Both the position numbers and the translations under genes were made by a program. The notes beneath the pieces were generated by a model that saw only the letters and a program-made list of their open reading frames with translations, was not told the origin of the DNA and did not search any database. A stretch of 64,000 nucleotides of DNA, from the NCBI RefSeq assembly GCF_009914755.1, contig NC_060927.1; one strand, written 5' to 3'. Of this stretch, positions 25,385 to 39,706 are shown one piece after another. The stretch's first letter is position 1. Each line of letters starts with the position of its first letter. Source of the stretch: the human T2T-CHM13v2.0 reference genome, Homo sapiens.

Positions 25385-26329
25385 GTGGAGATACTGTGCA
25401 TCTATTTCTTTAAGCTCTCTCAAATCATTTTGGGAACGAGGCTGGAAATAAATAAATATCCTGAGGTTGAACAGCTGATCTTTGCCAACAGGCAGAGAGG
25501 TGCTCGGGGAGGGGGTATGAGGGAAGGGTGGTTCCCTTCCAGCTATCGCAGTCCTCTCTTTGGGAGCCTACTGGTTTTTAGGGTCCAGGGCATCATCTCC
25601 TACCAGCCCCTCCCTCCAAGTAGGGCTCCATCAAAGTTGGGTTTGGGCAGAAATTCACGCATAAATCATGAAGGAGCCGAGTAAGTAGCTGGCAGTTGAC
25701 TCACTTCAAGTTTCAGGAGAGACAGGATTCGAGAATGATAGGAGCCAGACTGCTTGAGGCTGAATCCTACCTGTGACACTTAATAGCTGTGCAACTCCTG
25801 GCTACCCTGGCACTGGCTGGCAGTCCTGGCTTCCTGCTGGCTGGGAAGCAGGCACTGGTGCCAGGAGGACAGCTTGGGCAGCCAGGCTGGCTCTGTTCCA
25901 AGCCTGCAGGTGAAGGGTCTGCTCAGCCTCTTGATACCAGAGAAGAATCATCTGAAGCCAGAGAAGGGATTTTCTGCTCTGGGGTCAGCAGATTTGAGGG
26001 GAGAGTCTCCACCCTCCTGCCATGGGAATATCATGGCTACCGTGTGAGAGGGAACAGAGCATGGTGTTTGAGAGAGTGGGAGCTGGTGTCAGATGGCCTC
26101 AGATCAAATTGCCAGTCTGTCTCTTACTATTTATTTGACCTCTGAGAGTCTTTCAGCTCTCTGTACCTTAATGTCTGTATTTAGGTTATTCCAAGAGCGG
26201 AATCTGAGACGAGCATTTGAGTGCAAGTGATTTAACCGGGAGAGGATCCCAGGAATGTAGTGAGGGTAGAGAAGTGAGTAAGGGAAGGGATGAAAGTGGG
26301 TTACCTCTGTAAACAAGTGGGGCTTAATC

Positions 26330-26820
26330 TCCTAATTTCCTTTTCAGGTAGTTCATTGTTAGAGTATAGAAACACAACTGATTTTCATCTGTTGATTTTG
26401 TATCCCACGACTTTACTGAGTTTTCATCATTAGTTCTAACAGTTTTTTAAATGGAGCCTTTAAGAGTTTTCTATATATAAGAATCTGCAAACAGGGACAG
26501 TTTTACTTTTCTGATTTGATTAACTTTTATTCTTTTTCTTGCCTAATTGTTCTGGCTAGGACTTCGGTACTATGTCTACTCAATATAGAAGTGGTGAGAG
26601 GGAGCGTACCTGCCTTGTTACTAAATTTAGAGGAAAAGTTTTCAGTTTTTCACTGCTGAGTATGAAGTTAGCTGTGAGCTTTTCATATACAGCTATTAGT
26701 ATGTTGATGTTCCTTCCTTCTATTCCTAGTTAGGATGTGCCTTCCTTCTATTCCTAGCTTATTGACTGCTTAACCTGTCAATAAACTAGGAATAGAAGGT
26801 ATCAAATGCCTTTTCTTTTT

Positions 26821-26911
<91 letters not shown>

Positions 26912-27362
26912 CTTTTTTCTTTCTTTCTTTTTTTATCGAGTCTCACTCTGTCACCCAGGCTGGAGTGCAGTGGCATGATCTTGGCTCACTGCAGCCTCCG
27001 AGCCTCCACCTCCCCGGTTCAAGTGATTCTCCTGCCTCAGCCTCCCAAGTAGCTGGGATTACAGGTGCACTCCACCACACCTGGCTAATTTTTCTATTTT
27101 TTTCAGTAGAGATGGGGTTTCACCATGTTGGCCAGGTTGGTCTCAAACTCCTGGCCTGAAGTGATCCACCAGCCTCCCGCTCCCAAAGTGCTGGGATTGC
27201 AGGGGTGAGCCACCAGGCTCGGCCATCAGATGCTTTTTCTAAGTCAACTGAGATGATCATGTGATTTTATCCCTTATTATGTTAAAGTGGTGTATAATAT
27301 TAATTGATTTTTGTGTGTCGAACTATTCTTGTATCCTAGGGATAGATTCCACTTCATCATGA
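26330..27362 (-). mobile_element. Old L1 (L1M-type) ORF2 fragment
   Basis: Reverse L1 sequence (gatttt...tatctgcaaacagggacagttttact...ctggctaggactt). Confidence 0.85.
26811..27224 (-). mobile_element. AluS-family SINE with (TTTC)n tail
   Basis: Reverse Alu; TSD atcaaatgccttttct / atcagatgctttttct. Confidence 0.92.
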
Positions 27363-27438
27363 AACTGAGTTTAATCTCACTTGAGACCCTCTGACAGATG
27401 GGGGTAGTGCATGCCTCACTTGGGGTGAGGAAAGTGAG

Positions 27439-27861
27439 TGCTATGGTTTGAATATTTGTCCCCTCTAAAACTCAAGTTGAAATTTAAGCCCTAATGTGGC
27501 AGTATTGAAACTCGGCAGCCTTTAAGAGGTGATTGGGTCATAAGGGTTCTGCCATTCATGGATTAATAGATTATATTAGTAGATTAATGGATTAATGGGT
27601 TGTCATGGGAGTGGGACTGATGGCTTTATTAGAAGAGCAAGAGACACCACAGCAAGCACTCTCAGCCCCCTGGCCATATGATGCCCTGAGCTGCCTTGGG
27701 ATTCTGCAGAGAGTCCTCACCAGCAAGAAGGTCCTTACCAAATGCCATTCCTCAACCTTTGACTGCTTGGCTTCCATAACTATAGGAAGTAAATTTCTTT
27801 TCTTCATAAATGACCCAGTTTCAGTTATTCTGCTATAAGCAACAGAAAATGGACTAAGACA
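27439..27861 (+). mobile_element. ERVL-MaLR LTR (MST family)
   Basis: tgctatggtttgaat...gcaacagaaaatggactaagaca termini. Confidence 0.88.
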
Positions 27862-28153
27862 ATGGGGTATTTGTCTACCAACCCTCACCTCCCATTGATT
27901 GGGTGCTGTTTCAGGAAGTGCTATCTACCTCCTCTTCCCCTGTACTTCTTGCCTGCTCCTTAGGCAGAGAGAAGATGCAAGTATTTGAAGTAGGAAGCTC
28001 TTACAGGAACTGTCTATGGAAGTTACAGGTGACCCCAAGTGGGGCAAGATAGTATGGGACACGGGCAGCATATGCTATGTTAGGTTCCCATATCTGTGAG
28101 ATGAGGGAGATAATAGCAGGCCCACGTCATGGGGTTGCTTTGAAGATTTGGGC

Positions 28154-28975
28154 CAGTGCTGTTGGGTAGAAAAATAATGCAATTTGTCTAAATAATATAA
28201 GCCAAATAGTGTGAGAGAGAGCCATATAAGTCATTTAAAATTTTCTAGTAGCCACATTTTAAAAAGTGAAAAAAAGAGATGAAATGAATTTTAATATTTT
28301 ATTTGACCTAGATTTCCAAAGTATCATTTGCACATAAATTAATATAAAATTATTAATAAGATATTTTGAATTATCTTTGAAATCCAGTGTATATTTTATA
28401 TTTATAGTATATCTTAATTCAGACACTAAATTTTCATCAGAAACACTTTATCTGGCCAGGCATGGTGGTGCACGCTTGTAATCCCAGCACTTCATGAGGC
28501 CTAGAGGTGGTGGATTTCTTGAGCACACGAGTTTGAGACCAGCCTGGACAATGTGGCAAAACTCTGTCTCTACTAAGATTAGCCAGGAGTGGTGGCACAC
28601 ACTTGCAGTCCCAGCTCCTTGGGAAGCTAAGGTGGGAGGATCACCTGAGCCTGGGAGGTCAAGGCTGTAGTGAGCCGAGTTGGCACCACTGTACTCCAGT
28701 CTGGGTGACAGTGAGACCCTGTCTCAAACAACAACAACAACGAGAAAAACCACTTTATCTATATTTAATAAAATGCATTGCTGAAAAGTAGATTCTCAAG
28801 TTGTTCAAGCACATTTAAAATTTTCTAGTAACTTAATTATCAGTTTTAAAATTTGAGTGAATTAAATAAAACTAAAGAAGCCATTTGTGCATTTTGCATT
28901 TTGTTACCCTTGTCATAATTCAAGTGCTCAGTAGCCACATGTGGTGAGTGGAGACTATATTGGACAGCATAGATG
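28154..28975. mobile_element. hAT-Charlie DNA transposon (MER33/Charlie5-like), split by an Alu
   Basis: ttttctagtagccacatt...caagtgctcagtagccacatgtgg...ttggacagc. Confidence 0.7.
28454..28750 (+). mobile_element. AluJ-family SINE
   Basis: Diverged Alu with a shortened linker; TSD cactttatct. Confidence 0.88.
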
Positions 28976-30170
28976 TAGAGGGTTAATCCCTGTGAGGTGT
29001 TTAGGGCAAATAGTCAGCTTATATCAGCTCTGGCTGGGTCTGCACACTGAGAGAGGCCGAAAGGTACTGGGGCAAGCGCTGGCCTGGAAGTCAGGAGTCC
29101 TCAGTCCTAGCCCCACTACTGCCCTGACAACCCCTCTTCATTTTCCCCATCTGTGAAATGTATAAGATAACAGTCAATGGTATTTAAAGTCCTCTCCGGG
29201 TCAAAAATCTCATTGACAGGGAAAGATTGAATCCAAATTCCTATTTTCCAGTTGAAAAACCTAAGGCCCAGCAAAGGAAAGCGATTTGTTTATGGTTAAC
29301 AGCCACAGGGAAGGTAAAAGTGTTAACATTTAGTTCACTTTTCTTGGCTTAGAACACCTTTCCCAGAGCTGCCAATGTTCAAATCCCTCCCTCCTTTAAT
29401 ATCCAGCTCCAGTGTTCTGAGGTCCTTTTGCATGTGCTTGACCACATGCAATCCTCACAGAAGCCCTGTGAGAAAGTTATTTGGGCCCATTTTACAGGTG
29501 AGGAAACAAAGGCTCAGCGAAGTTATGTTAAGATGTTAAAGTGATACAGTAAGCGAGAGGCACATCAAGGACTAGAACTCAGGTTTCCTGAACCCTTGAT
29601 CAGGGTGGCAGGTATACTTCTATAGCACCCAGGGATACCTTGTGAGAAGGGATGTAATGGGGGATGAGACAGGCCTAAGTCTCTCTAAGGACCTAGTCCA
29701 ACTCTGCCTGGGTGGGGCTGCAGAAAGCTGAGAGATGGCTGCCCCCTAGTCCTTGGGCTTGCAGAACTGTCGTCAGCCATGCAGCAGTCTTGGGGACCCA
29801 GAACACTTTTCACTAGGAAGATGTGTGGTTGGCAGCCTTTGTCAGTTCTCCTGGGGTTGGGGGCCCTGTCGCTTGACCTTGTTAGCATCCCCTGCTCCTC
29901 TGTTCCTCCCCAACACTTATTGATGCCTTACTGGGAGCAGGCCTCTGCTGGAGGATTCCCAAGGCACACCAACTTGTCAGCTTTGGAGCCTTCCCTAGAA
30001 CCTCCCAGTCTAGTGGGAAACTGACATGGTGGGAACAGAAGTACCAACTGGGTGTTGGGGGACCCAGTGAGATACAAACTCCATCTAGGGTGGTTTTATG
30101 GTTTTATGCAAGAGGGAGCCTGTGAACTGAGCCCACCAAATGAGATACTTGATGGGTGGAGATGGTGGGT

Positions 30171-30553
30171 ATTGTGGACTAAATTTTCTTCCCCTCCCCC
30201 AATTCATATGTGGAAGCCCCAGTACCTTGAAATGTGACTTTATTTGGAGATAGGCCCTTTAAAGAGGTAATTAAGGTTAAATGAACTCATAAAAGTGTGG
30301 CCATAGCCCTGTCGGTGTCCTTGTAAGAAGAGGAAGAAACACCAGGGATGTACATGCACAAAGGGAGGGCAATGTGGGAACACAGTGAGAAGGCGGCTGT
30401 CTGCAGGCCAGGGAGAGAGACCTCACCGGAAACCAACCCTGCTGACACCTTGATCTTGGACTTTCAGCCTGCAGAACTGTGAGAACAGAAATGTCTGTTT
30501 AAAAGCCATCCAGTCTGTGGTATTTTGATATGGCAGCTTTGGCCAATGAATAT
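30171..30553 (+). mobile_element. ERVL-MaLR LTR (MLT1A-like)
   Basis: tttggagataggccctttaaagaggtaattaaggttaaatg...accttgatcttggactt. Confidence 0.85.
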
Positions 30554-30759
30554 GGTGGGGAACAGCATTTAGGTAGGAGGTATGGCCTAAGTATGGACAG
30601 GTAGGAGGAAAATCTGGTTAAGCACAGATGAAAAGAGGGGCATTGAGACAGGAGTCCCAGAGGCCATGTGGTCAAATTTTGTTCATTTCTGCCCCCCAGC
30701 ACTGCTGAGTACAGGTTAGGTGTGGAGCAGATAGCAAACGCCTGATGAATGAGGGTCTG

Positions 30760-31181
30760 GTCAGACTTCTAAAGATGGCCCCTCAAAAGTTTTCCCAAGC
30801 TGGTGACAGAAGAGAAATGCGAAGAGAGATTTGAAGCATGAGGGGAATTTGCCGCACCATTGCTGACTTGAACTTGGAGGGATCACAGGAGAAGGACTGT
30901 GGGTGACTGCAAGGAGCCAGGAGAGGCTAACAGCCTCAAGAAAACAGGAACCTCAATCCTGGAAACTCGGGAAATTGAATCCTTTCCCCAACATGAATGA
31001 GCCTGGAAGATTTCTCTTCAGTTTCCAGATGAGAACACAGCCAAGGTTCAGCCTTGGAAACCTTGAGCAGAGAACCCAGCCATGTGTGTAGGACCTCTGA
31101 GCTTCAGAACTGTGAGTGGAAACATCCTCTTAAACTGATAATTTTGTGGTATTTTGCTACACAGCAATAGATAAGGAACAC
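30760..31181 (+). mobile_element. ERVL-MaLR LTR (MLT1-like)
   Basis: MLT1 body; ends gtggtattttgctacacagcaatagataaggaaca. Confidence 0.7.
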
Positions 31182-31589
31182 AGACTGGAAACTGGCGAAC
31201 TTGAGGGCAGGCAGGAGGCCATGCCGCCTACTGGTCATAGTGTTCTTAGTGGAAAGCACTCACAGGTCACGCAGGCAGTCCCTGAGGGGGGTCTGGCCTG
31301 AGCACTCTCCACTCAGTGGCTGGCTAGGGACCTGAGGCAGCTCTGCTCAGTGCCCCCAGGTCACCAGGGAACTTCAGAGCATCTCAGAGTCAAGAAATCC
31401 TGATCAGGCAAAGTTGGAGCAGGAGGACTCCTTTGTTTTTTTATTTCCCCCTTTTACACATGGGGAAGCTGAGACTTGGAATAAAGTCTGGACCCTGCAG
31501 AGCAGTGAAAAGAGCCTGTTTCAGATAGTTTTCCTTTGGGACCCCAGCTCCACTACTTCCCAGCTCTACAACCTTGGGCAATTGTGTCA

Positions 31590-32160
<571 letters not shown>

Positions 32161-33123
32161 TCAGGGGCAAGTTGGAGTATAGAGTCGGTTAGAGTCAGTC
32201 CACAGGGGAGAAGATAGGGCAGGGAATCTGTCCCAGCAGTCCAGGTTCCATGTGATGAGGATCTGATGGTGGCAGATGAGGGAGAGGAGGGACTGTCTGA
32301 GGGCTGCCCAGGAGTCAGAGTCGACAGAACCTAAACGAGCTAAAATATGCTAAAGTTCTTGGTGTACTGTTTGATGCAACTTCTGAAAACCATCTAGTGA
32401 CCCTGGGGGTGAGGAAGGGAAAACTCTGGGCTGCTACCCGGCTGTCTGGATAAGTGAGTGGGGGATGCATAAGTGGGGGCAGTGGGAGTGGGAGAAGGGG
32501 CAGGGTGGTTGGTGGTGTGTGGAGACCACAGGCTGACTTTGGACAAGATAAGCATTAAATGTCGGGCTGTCCCAGTCAGAGCTGGCTTTCTGGGGACCAG
32601 GCAATCAGATGTGGAGCTCAAGAGAGAAGACTGGGCTGGCAAGTGTTTGTGTGCAGATGGGGATTGAGGCTGTGAGGGGAGCAGCACTCGCAGGGGTCTG
32701 TGAAGAGAAGCGGGCTTAGGGTCAGATATGGGAGAAGGACTTCAAAGAAGCAGCAGCCAGAGAGGGAGGGAGAAAACCTGGAGAAGAGTTGGTCATGGAG
32801 GATGCTAAGGGAAGAGCATATTTGAGGGGGGAGAGAGCACCAATGTCTGGGGCTACACAGAGTTGTGGTAAGATAAGCAGGCAGGATGGGCTGCTGGTTC
32901 AGCAAGGATGCCCCTGAGCACTTTGGCAGAGCAGTGACAGTGAGAAGGCACAGCCAGGTGGCGGGGCTGAGGAGGGCCGGGTGAGGCTGTAGAGATACCA
33001 GGAGGGAGGCTTCTGTTCAGCAGCTCCTCTGGTCCTCAGAGCTCTCATTGATCAAATAGTAATCAACACAGGGGTCGGAATTCCTGTTAAAAAGAAAAAA
33101 ATCAATCAGCCGTTGGGGGGCCG

Positions 33124-33423
33124 GGCCAGGTGGCTCACCCCTGTAATCCCAGCACTTTGGGAGGCTGAGGATCACTTGAGCCCAGGAGTTGGAGACCAGC
33201 CTGGGCAACAAAGCGAGACCCTCATCTCTACAAAATAAATAAATTAGCTGGGTGTGGTGGCACACACCTGTGGTCCCAGCTACTCGGGAGGCTGAAGCGT
33301 GAGGATCACTTGAGCCCAGGAGGTCAAGGCTGCAGTGAGCTGAGATTGCACTACTGCATTGCACCCTGGGCGACAGAGCGAGACCCTGTTTCAAAATAAA
33401 TAAATACATAGATACATAAAAAA
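33124..33423 (+). mobile_element. AluJ-family SINE
   Basis: AluJ diagnostics and tail. Confidence 0.88.
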
Positions 33424-33979
33424 CCAGCCACTGGGAGAGTGCCTTGTAAACTGAGAGTGACTTGAGGCAAGGGGTGCGTAGTTAGTTCCAAAGACATGAT
33501 GCCTTTGAAATGGCTAGCAATACCGTAGTGCCCAGAAGGTGACAGCACGTCATCAAGCCGCACTTCATCTAGCGGGACTAAGCAGTTATTTAATTTATTT
33601 TATTCTACAAGATTTCTTTGTACTCTTTGTACAGCTGCTATGTGTTAGACTCTGGGCTAAGCACTGGAGATTATTGTATATGTACATACCTAATAAAAAA
33701 TCTAATATATTAATATAAAATATGTATAAAATTATATATATGTACATAACTTCTAGGAAGCCTAAATTTTAGTTGAAGAGGCAGTTAACACAAAGAAGTG
33801 AATTATCTTCGTAACTGTCAATTAACTCTCCAAACTCCAAGGCTTTATCTTCTCCAGGTTAGAGAGAAGTCCTTCTAGACTGTGTGACATATATCCCCTC
33901 CTCCTAGAACAAAATGTACTGAGCAGAACTTGAGTTCAAATACTGGGTCCACCAGGAAGTGAGAGTGTTTGCCTATCCA

Positions 33980-34495
33980 TGGGACAGATTAGATGAATTT
34001 CCCAAAGATGGTCACTGCAATATCTCCCACCTCATATGTTATGCATATAATGTGATTTTGATACTCTTTCAATTGAGAGAAAGAGGTCTTTGTGCCATCC
34101 CCTTGAATCCAGGCTGGCTTATGACTTCGGTGGCAGGACACTTTGTGACTTCTGAGGCTGGGTCATAGAAGGCAATACAGCCTCCATCTCTGATGACATT
34201 GGAACCCAGCCACCATGCTGTGAGGAAGCCCAAGCGTCCTGTGGAGAGATTATGTGGGAGAGAACCAAGGCCCCCAGGCCACAGCATTGGCTGAGCTCCC
34301 AGCCAACAGCCAGCATCAATTTGTGGATATTCTTGGAAGCAGATATTCCAGTCTCAAGATGAGTTGTCCCAGCTGATACCACATTGAGCAGAGATGAGCT
34401 GTTCCTGATTGTCTAACTGTAAGCAAAATAAATGATTTTCATTATTTTAAGCCATTTAAGTTTTAGAGTGGTTTGTTATGCTGCAATAGATAGAG
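33980..34495 (+). mobile_element. ERVL-MaLR LTR (MLT1 family)
   Basis: ggaacccagccaccatgctgtgaggaagccc...gtggtttgttatgctgcaatagata. Confidence 0.8.
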
Positions 34496-36715
34496 ATAAT
34501 TCATTAATTAATATTTATGAGTGCCCACTCTATGCTGGGCACTCTTTGCTAAGAGCTGGGGATGTATGGTGAACAGGACAGACCGTCTGTGCTATTATAG
34601 AATTTACTGCCTGGGTGGGAAAATGGATTGCGATCAAAGTAAACTAATTTGCTGGCTAACCTAAACTTGAAGCTGTGACAAGGTTCCCAGGCTCCAGGCC
34701 CCTGGCCTTTTTGACCTTATCTCCAAGTATATTGCATATACAAATACCCTCCCTTTCCTCAGAGTCATTGTGACTCTCCAATGGGATAATAGCCATTAAA
34801 TGCACACACAGAGAAGCATGGGACTAAGAGTGAAGCTAGAAAGATGATTTCTTAAAGGAAAGGGTTTTTCTTCCCCTCTCCTCAAGTTTGATAGGGGTCT
34901 TCAAGAGAGCCATTGGGAGAGCTTGGCCTGAGTCCCTCAAGCTGACTGGGGGACAAGAGCGAAGAGAACTGCCAAGGTCTCCTGCGAGCCCACTCAAGAG
35001 GATGCTGGCAGGGCAAGGACCTGTGCAGGCGGGGAAGCCATCGTAAGCAGTTGGCTGGAGACTGTGTCGCTCTTGTCAGGGAATGGTGCACCTGTGGGAT
35101 GGTGTCTCCAGTGCACCCACCAGAGCACCCCACAAGAGAAAGAGCCAGCATTTGGACATCTGACCCACCCAGAGGGCACCAGCAACACTTTTCTGCCACT
35201 CTATCTCTCCACTCTCTCCTTATCCAACTCTAGATGAGTCAGGAGTGGCATCATCAGTGGGTAAAGAGGAATGAGGAGGAGGGGAAGAAATAGTGAGGGA
35301 GCCAGCGACACTTCCCTTCCTCACCAAGTTTCCAAGCTGAGCCAGGGCAGCCTTCCATGTACCCACCTTGTCCATATCCCCAGCCTGCCCAGCTTGTACT
35401 CCAGCTTTTTTGACCTCTCCAGGTCAAAACTCAAGGGATGGGGCAGGGAGACAGGTAAAGGGCAGGAAAGAGATTGAATGCCTGGGACTTCCCTAATGCA
35501 TCGCTCCCGGAGTTGGCAGGTGGCTCTTTCTATCATGGGTGTTTTGAAGGTTCTTTGGGGATTTCCATGCCCCATACCCCCTGCAGTTACTGACACAAGT
35601 GATGTACTTTCCAGCCTTCTCCTGACAACTCCCATTCAACCCCTCGTCCTAGGAGATCATCTCTACAAATCAGTTGGGCTCCTATTGGCCCTCCAGGCAG
35701 CCCCCGTGGGCAAATCCTTTTAAGACATCTCTCTCCATCTCAATGTACCTGGGACCGAGTATTCTCTATTCAAATTTCCATCTCACTTCCAGGGCCTGTG
35801 TGGTTCTCTTTTCTAGGTTCATCCACTGAGGACAGACTATTGTGCTAAACCATACACCTTTAGGCCTGGGAGGGTGGCCAAAAAGAGGGGAGTTTATGGA
35901 TGTACCTTGGATCTGCAATCTGGGATGTTCACACATATGCACTTCATGGAGCAGAACAGAACCAGGGAAGAGAAGAAAAGAGGGATGAAGCCAGGGATCC
36001 ATTTATTCTCTCGCCTGTCTGTAAATGTTACAGACATATGAGATAGGAGAGGAGGCTAAGATGTCCCCAGCAGCCCAGCAGTGGAAACAGCAGGTGCTAA
36101 GACCCTGAAGTGAGAGAGAACATTGTGCATTCTGGGGACAGGAAAGGGAGGGAAGGAGAGAGTGCTATGAGTCTCAGTAGGGGATGGAGGTGGACAGGTG
36201 GGGTGGGTGCATCACACAGAGAACTGTGAGCCTCGGCAAAGACTTTGATCTTATCCCAGAGTAGTGGGAAGTCTTGGAGTGGTTTAAACAGGTTAACAGT
36301 GTAAACAGACTGCATTTTAGAGAGACCTCTTTTGCTGCTTTGCGACTTGGTGGTGGGGGTGTTGGGGGGAAGACACAAAGAGTAGAAGCTCGAGGAAGAG
36401 TTGGGGTATTGATGTCACAGTGAGACATAAGAAGTGATGACCTGAGCTAGGGCAGGGCTTCTGGAGATGGTATCATGGACCATCAGACACCTCAGGCTGC
36501 CTCTGGGCCCATGCCAGCTTCCCCAAATATAGCCTGGTGGCAGGTGGTGAACTAAAAAGTGAGAAACAACTCAGTCACCATTTTTCTGCAAGTTGCCACT
36601 TCATTTGAGTGTGTGGCATTGAATGCATTTTTCTTACTTCTGGAGCTTTGACCAAAATCTCTGAGACAGGAAGAGCCCCTGAAAAGTTGTGTTACATGAA
36701 GAATGATTCTGCACC

Positions 36716-37174
36716 TGCAGGGATCCAAAATGCACTTCAATGGCATAAAGATTATTTTAAGCTAGAAACATCTGAACAAACAGCAGCTGCAGAAACAAAC
36801 AAACAAAAAGTACCTAAACTGCTGACTTAAACAGGACCTCCTGAACACTGCTGCCATAAATCCCCTCTCGAGGAAGTTTACAGCCAGAGAAGAGACTAAT
36901 CATTGTCACCGTAATGAGTAATTGCTTAAACAAATGTTATCTGAAACTCCATGCCTTCCATTTGTTCTTCCATGGAAGTTCTCTCTCCGCCTCCCTTTCT
37001 CTTTGTTAAGTGGATATATAAACCCCTATTTTTGGCTGTTTAGACAGCCATATTTATCTGAAGACTCCTTTGAATAAATAAACTTCATCTTTTTTCCCTG
37101 TTAATCTGTCTGTGGTTGGTTAATCTGTAGACTCTGAACATAAATAGGTAAAGAAAAAGTGTTTTCTCCCAACA
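36716..37174 (+). mobile_element. ERV1 LTR (MER34-like)
   Basis: tgcaggg...tggcataaagattattttaagct...aataaacttc...ttttctcccaaca. Confidence 0.65.
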
Positions 37175-37373
37175 CACTTTCCTTTTGCCAACAAGAGTAT
37201 GGGTGACCGACAAAGATTTTCTATCTGGTACTGGATTTTATCTTCCTGGCCTGCCAAAGTTGCTGAATAGCAGAGGGTTGCTTATTGTCTCTTTCTCTTT
37301 CTCATGCATGTTAATTGGATTAGAAAAGATGGAGGAAAAGAGACCATATAGGAGACTGCACTGCCAAATGTAC

Positions 37374-38281
37374 TATTAAAGGGTAGCAGAATACTCCACC
37401 CCAAAATATGCCACACTGGCATAAGTATTATTGTGAACTGAAGGTAACTGAGAAGAGGCAGACACAAGAAAAGCTCTTTGCTCTCCCCATTTGCCTAAAA
37501 ACAGGATATAACTTTACAAAGGAGTTCTTCCTCCTCTCCCTGTCAGGAAGAACAAAGACCGACGACAACTTTAGGCCCTCATCAGCCTGAAGGTGGCACC
37601 AGAGGAGTCGACACAGCAGACTTCACTGACTAGCCTTTATCTACCGTAAAGTTCCCATATATTTGCTTTCCCACAATTTTCTCCACCTGGAGACTCAAGG
37701 TCTTTTTCTTTTGTCTTGACACTACTCTAAAAATGTATTGTTCCTTGTTGAAGATGCTACGTAGTTGAAGTTCTAAGCCACTTATTTGAGAACTAATCTT
37801 TTCTTGAGTATTTTCCATATATATATAAAATATACATGTTAATACATTTCTCTTTGTTTTTCTCTTGTTAATCTGTCTTTTGTTACAGAGGGTCCTAGGC
37901 CAACTAAGAAGAGTAGAGGGGGTCAGGCATGGTAACTCACGCCTGTAATCCCAGCACTTTGGGAGGCTAAGGCGGGTGGACCACCTGAGGTCAGGAGTTT
38001 GAGACCAGCCTGACCAACATGGCGAAACTCTGCCTCTACTAAAAATACAAAAATTAGCCAGGTGTGGTGACAGGTGCCTGTAATCCCAGCTACTCGGGAG
38101 GTTGAGACAGGAGAATTGCTTGAACCTGGAAGGTGGAAGTTGCAGTGAGCCAAGATCACCCCACTTCACTCCAGCCTGGGCGACAGAGCAACTCCGTCTC
38201 AAAAAAAAAAAAAAAAAAAAGAAAAAAGAAAGGAAGAAAGAAAAAGAAGGGTAGAGGGAAAATTATGTTTTGTCCCCTACC
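37374..38281 (+). mobile_element. ERV1 LTR (MER34/MER39-like), split by an Alu
   Basis: caccccaaaatatgccac.ctggcataag...ctcttgttaatctgtcttttgttaca...cccctac. Confidence 0.75.
37921..38243 (+). mobile_element. AluS-family SINE
   Basis: Full dimer; TSD aagaagagtagaggg / aagaagggtagaggg. Confidence 0.93.
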
Positions 38282-38528
38282 TTATTTATATAAATCATTG
38301 TTATTTCCAATTTAGCCACAAACAATGAAGGGCTGGTGTATGCTGTAGAATGGCTGAACAAAAGGAATGCTTTCTTGCTTTCTTGTTTTCAAAGTGATAA
38401 TGGCCAGAAGGGTAGATGAGTTATGCTGGTTTACATTTAGTCTGGTTTAATTGCACTTAAGTAGAATGCTAAATGTCAGCAGGTGGCTGATTATACGTTG
38501 ACTGGACCAAAAACAGATTAATAGCTTC

Positions 38529-38917
38529 TGTATTAGTCTGCTAGGGTTGTCATAATAAAATACCATAGACTGGGTGGCTAAAACAGCAGACATTTAGTTC
38601 TCACAGTTCTAGAGGCTGGGAAGTGCAAGATCAAGGTGCTGACAGATTCAGTTCCTGGTAATGGTGGCCACCATCTCACTGTATGCTCACAGAACCTCTT
38701 CTTTGTGTGCATGCAGAGTGAGCTGTGGTCTGTCTTCCTTTTCTTATGAGGACACTAATCCTATCATGGGGCCCCACCCTTCATGACCTCATCTAAACCT
38801 AATTAGTTCCCAAGGGCTCTACCTCCTAATACCATCACTTGGAGGGGGTGGGGGAAGGGTGGTGTTGGGGCTTCAACATGTGAGTTTTGGGTGGTCACAA
38901 ACTATGAGTCCATAACA
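38529..38917 (-). mobile_element. ERVL-MaLR LTR (MLT1A-like)
   Basis: tgtattagtctgctagggttg...tctcacagttctagaggctgg...ccataaca. Confidence 0.85.
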
Positions 38918-39706
38918 CCTTCTCTATAAATAAAGACTAGTTAAAAAGTATTATAATGAATACAATACCAAATGTTCATGTTAAAATGTGTTGTTTTTGT
39001 TTTTGTTTCTGCCAGTCTTTTGTTAGATCTTGCCTGGAGACATCAAACCCTTCTTCCTGTTCCTCGCCTGCCAGAAACTCAATCTGCCCTTGCGAGGACT
39101 TATACGTTGAGTTCTTCTGTCAGAAAAATCAAGTGTAGGAAAAAAATCTTTGTATTTCAGTAGAAAACAATGCACTGTCTGTAGCACACCTTCCTGCATT
39201 ATAAGATTCTAGGCCTGTACATTGTCTGAGCTATTTTGAAACTCTCTGTAAGTTGTAACTGGTATGTAAATGCTGTACTGTCTGGTTGTGATTTTAACTG
39301 ACTTCTTCCTCACTGTGGAAAACTCAGTTTTGTCCCCATTTGCAATTTATCTTAACATTCCTTTACTCCATATAAATCTGTTTTTGAGTTTTCCTTTAAA
39401 CTGGTTATAACACCTGCTTGCTTTTCTCAGATCATATAAGTGAAGTAAATTCTTCAACATGTGCTAATTTTTACATCTATATGAGAGTCATGATTTTACC
39501 TTTCACTGAAAATTATCATTTAACACAGGGAAGCCTTTGGGGGGAAGTGGCAGGACTTGGCTTCCAAAGAAGAATGGACTGAATCTCTGAGCCCTGTGTC
39601 TCTCCCCCATTTAGGTTTGTGGCCACGCATTCCTCAACTGCTCAGGCCCCGAAGCATTCAGGTCATTCTTGACCCTTCCCTTTCTTGCACCCCCATCTCC
39701 AACCCT

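Larger units (their letters stand above)
26175..28080 (-). mobile_element. Ancient ERVL-type LTR fragments with nested L1, Alu and MST insertions
   Basis: ttaggttattccaagag...ctgagacgagcatttgagtgcaagtg resembles LTR16/LTR33 class; host sequence resumes after 27360 and 27862. Confidence 0.45.
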
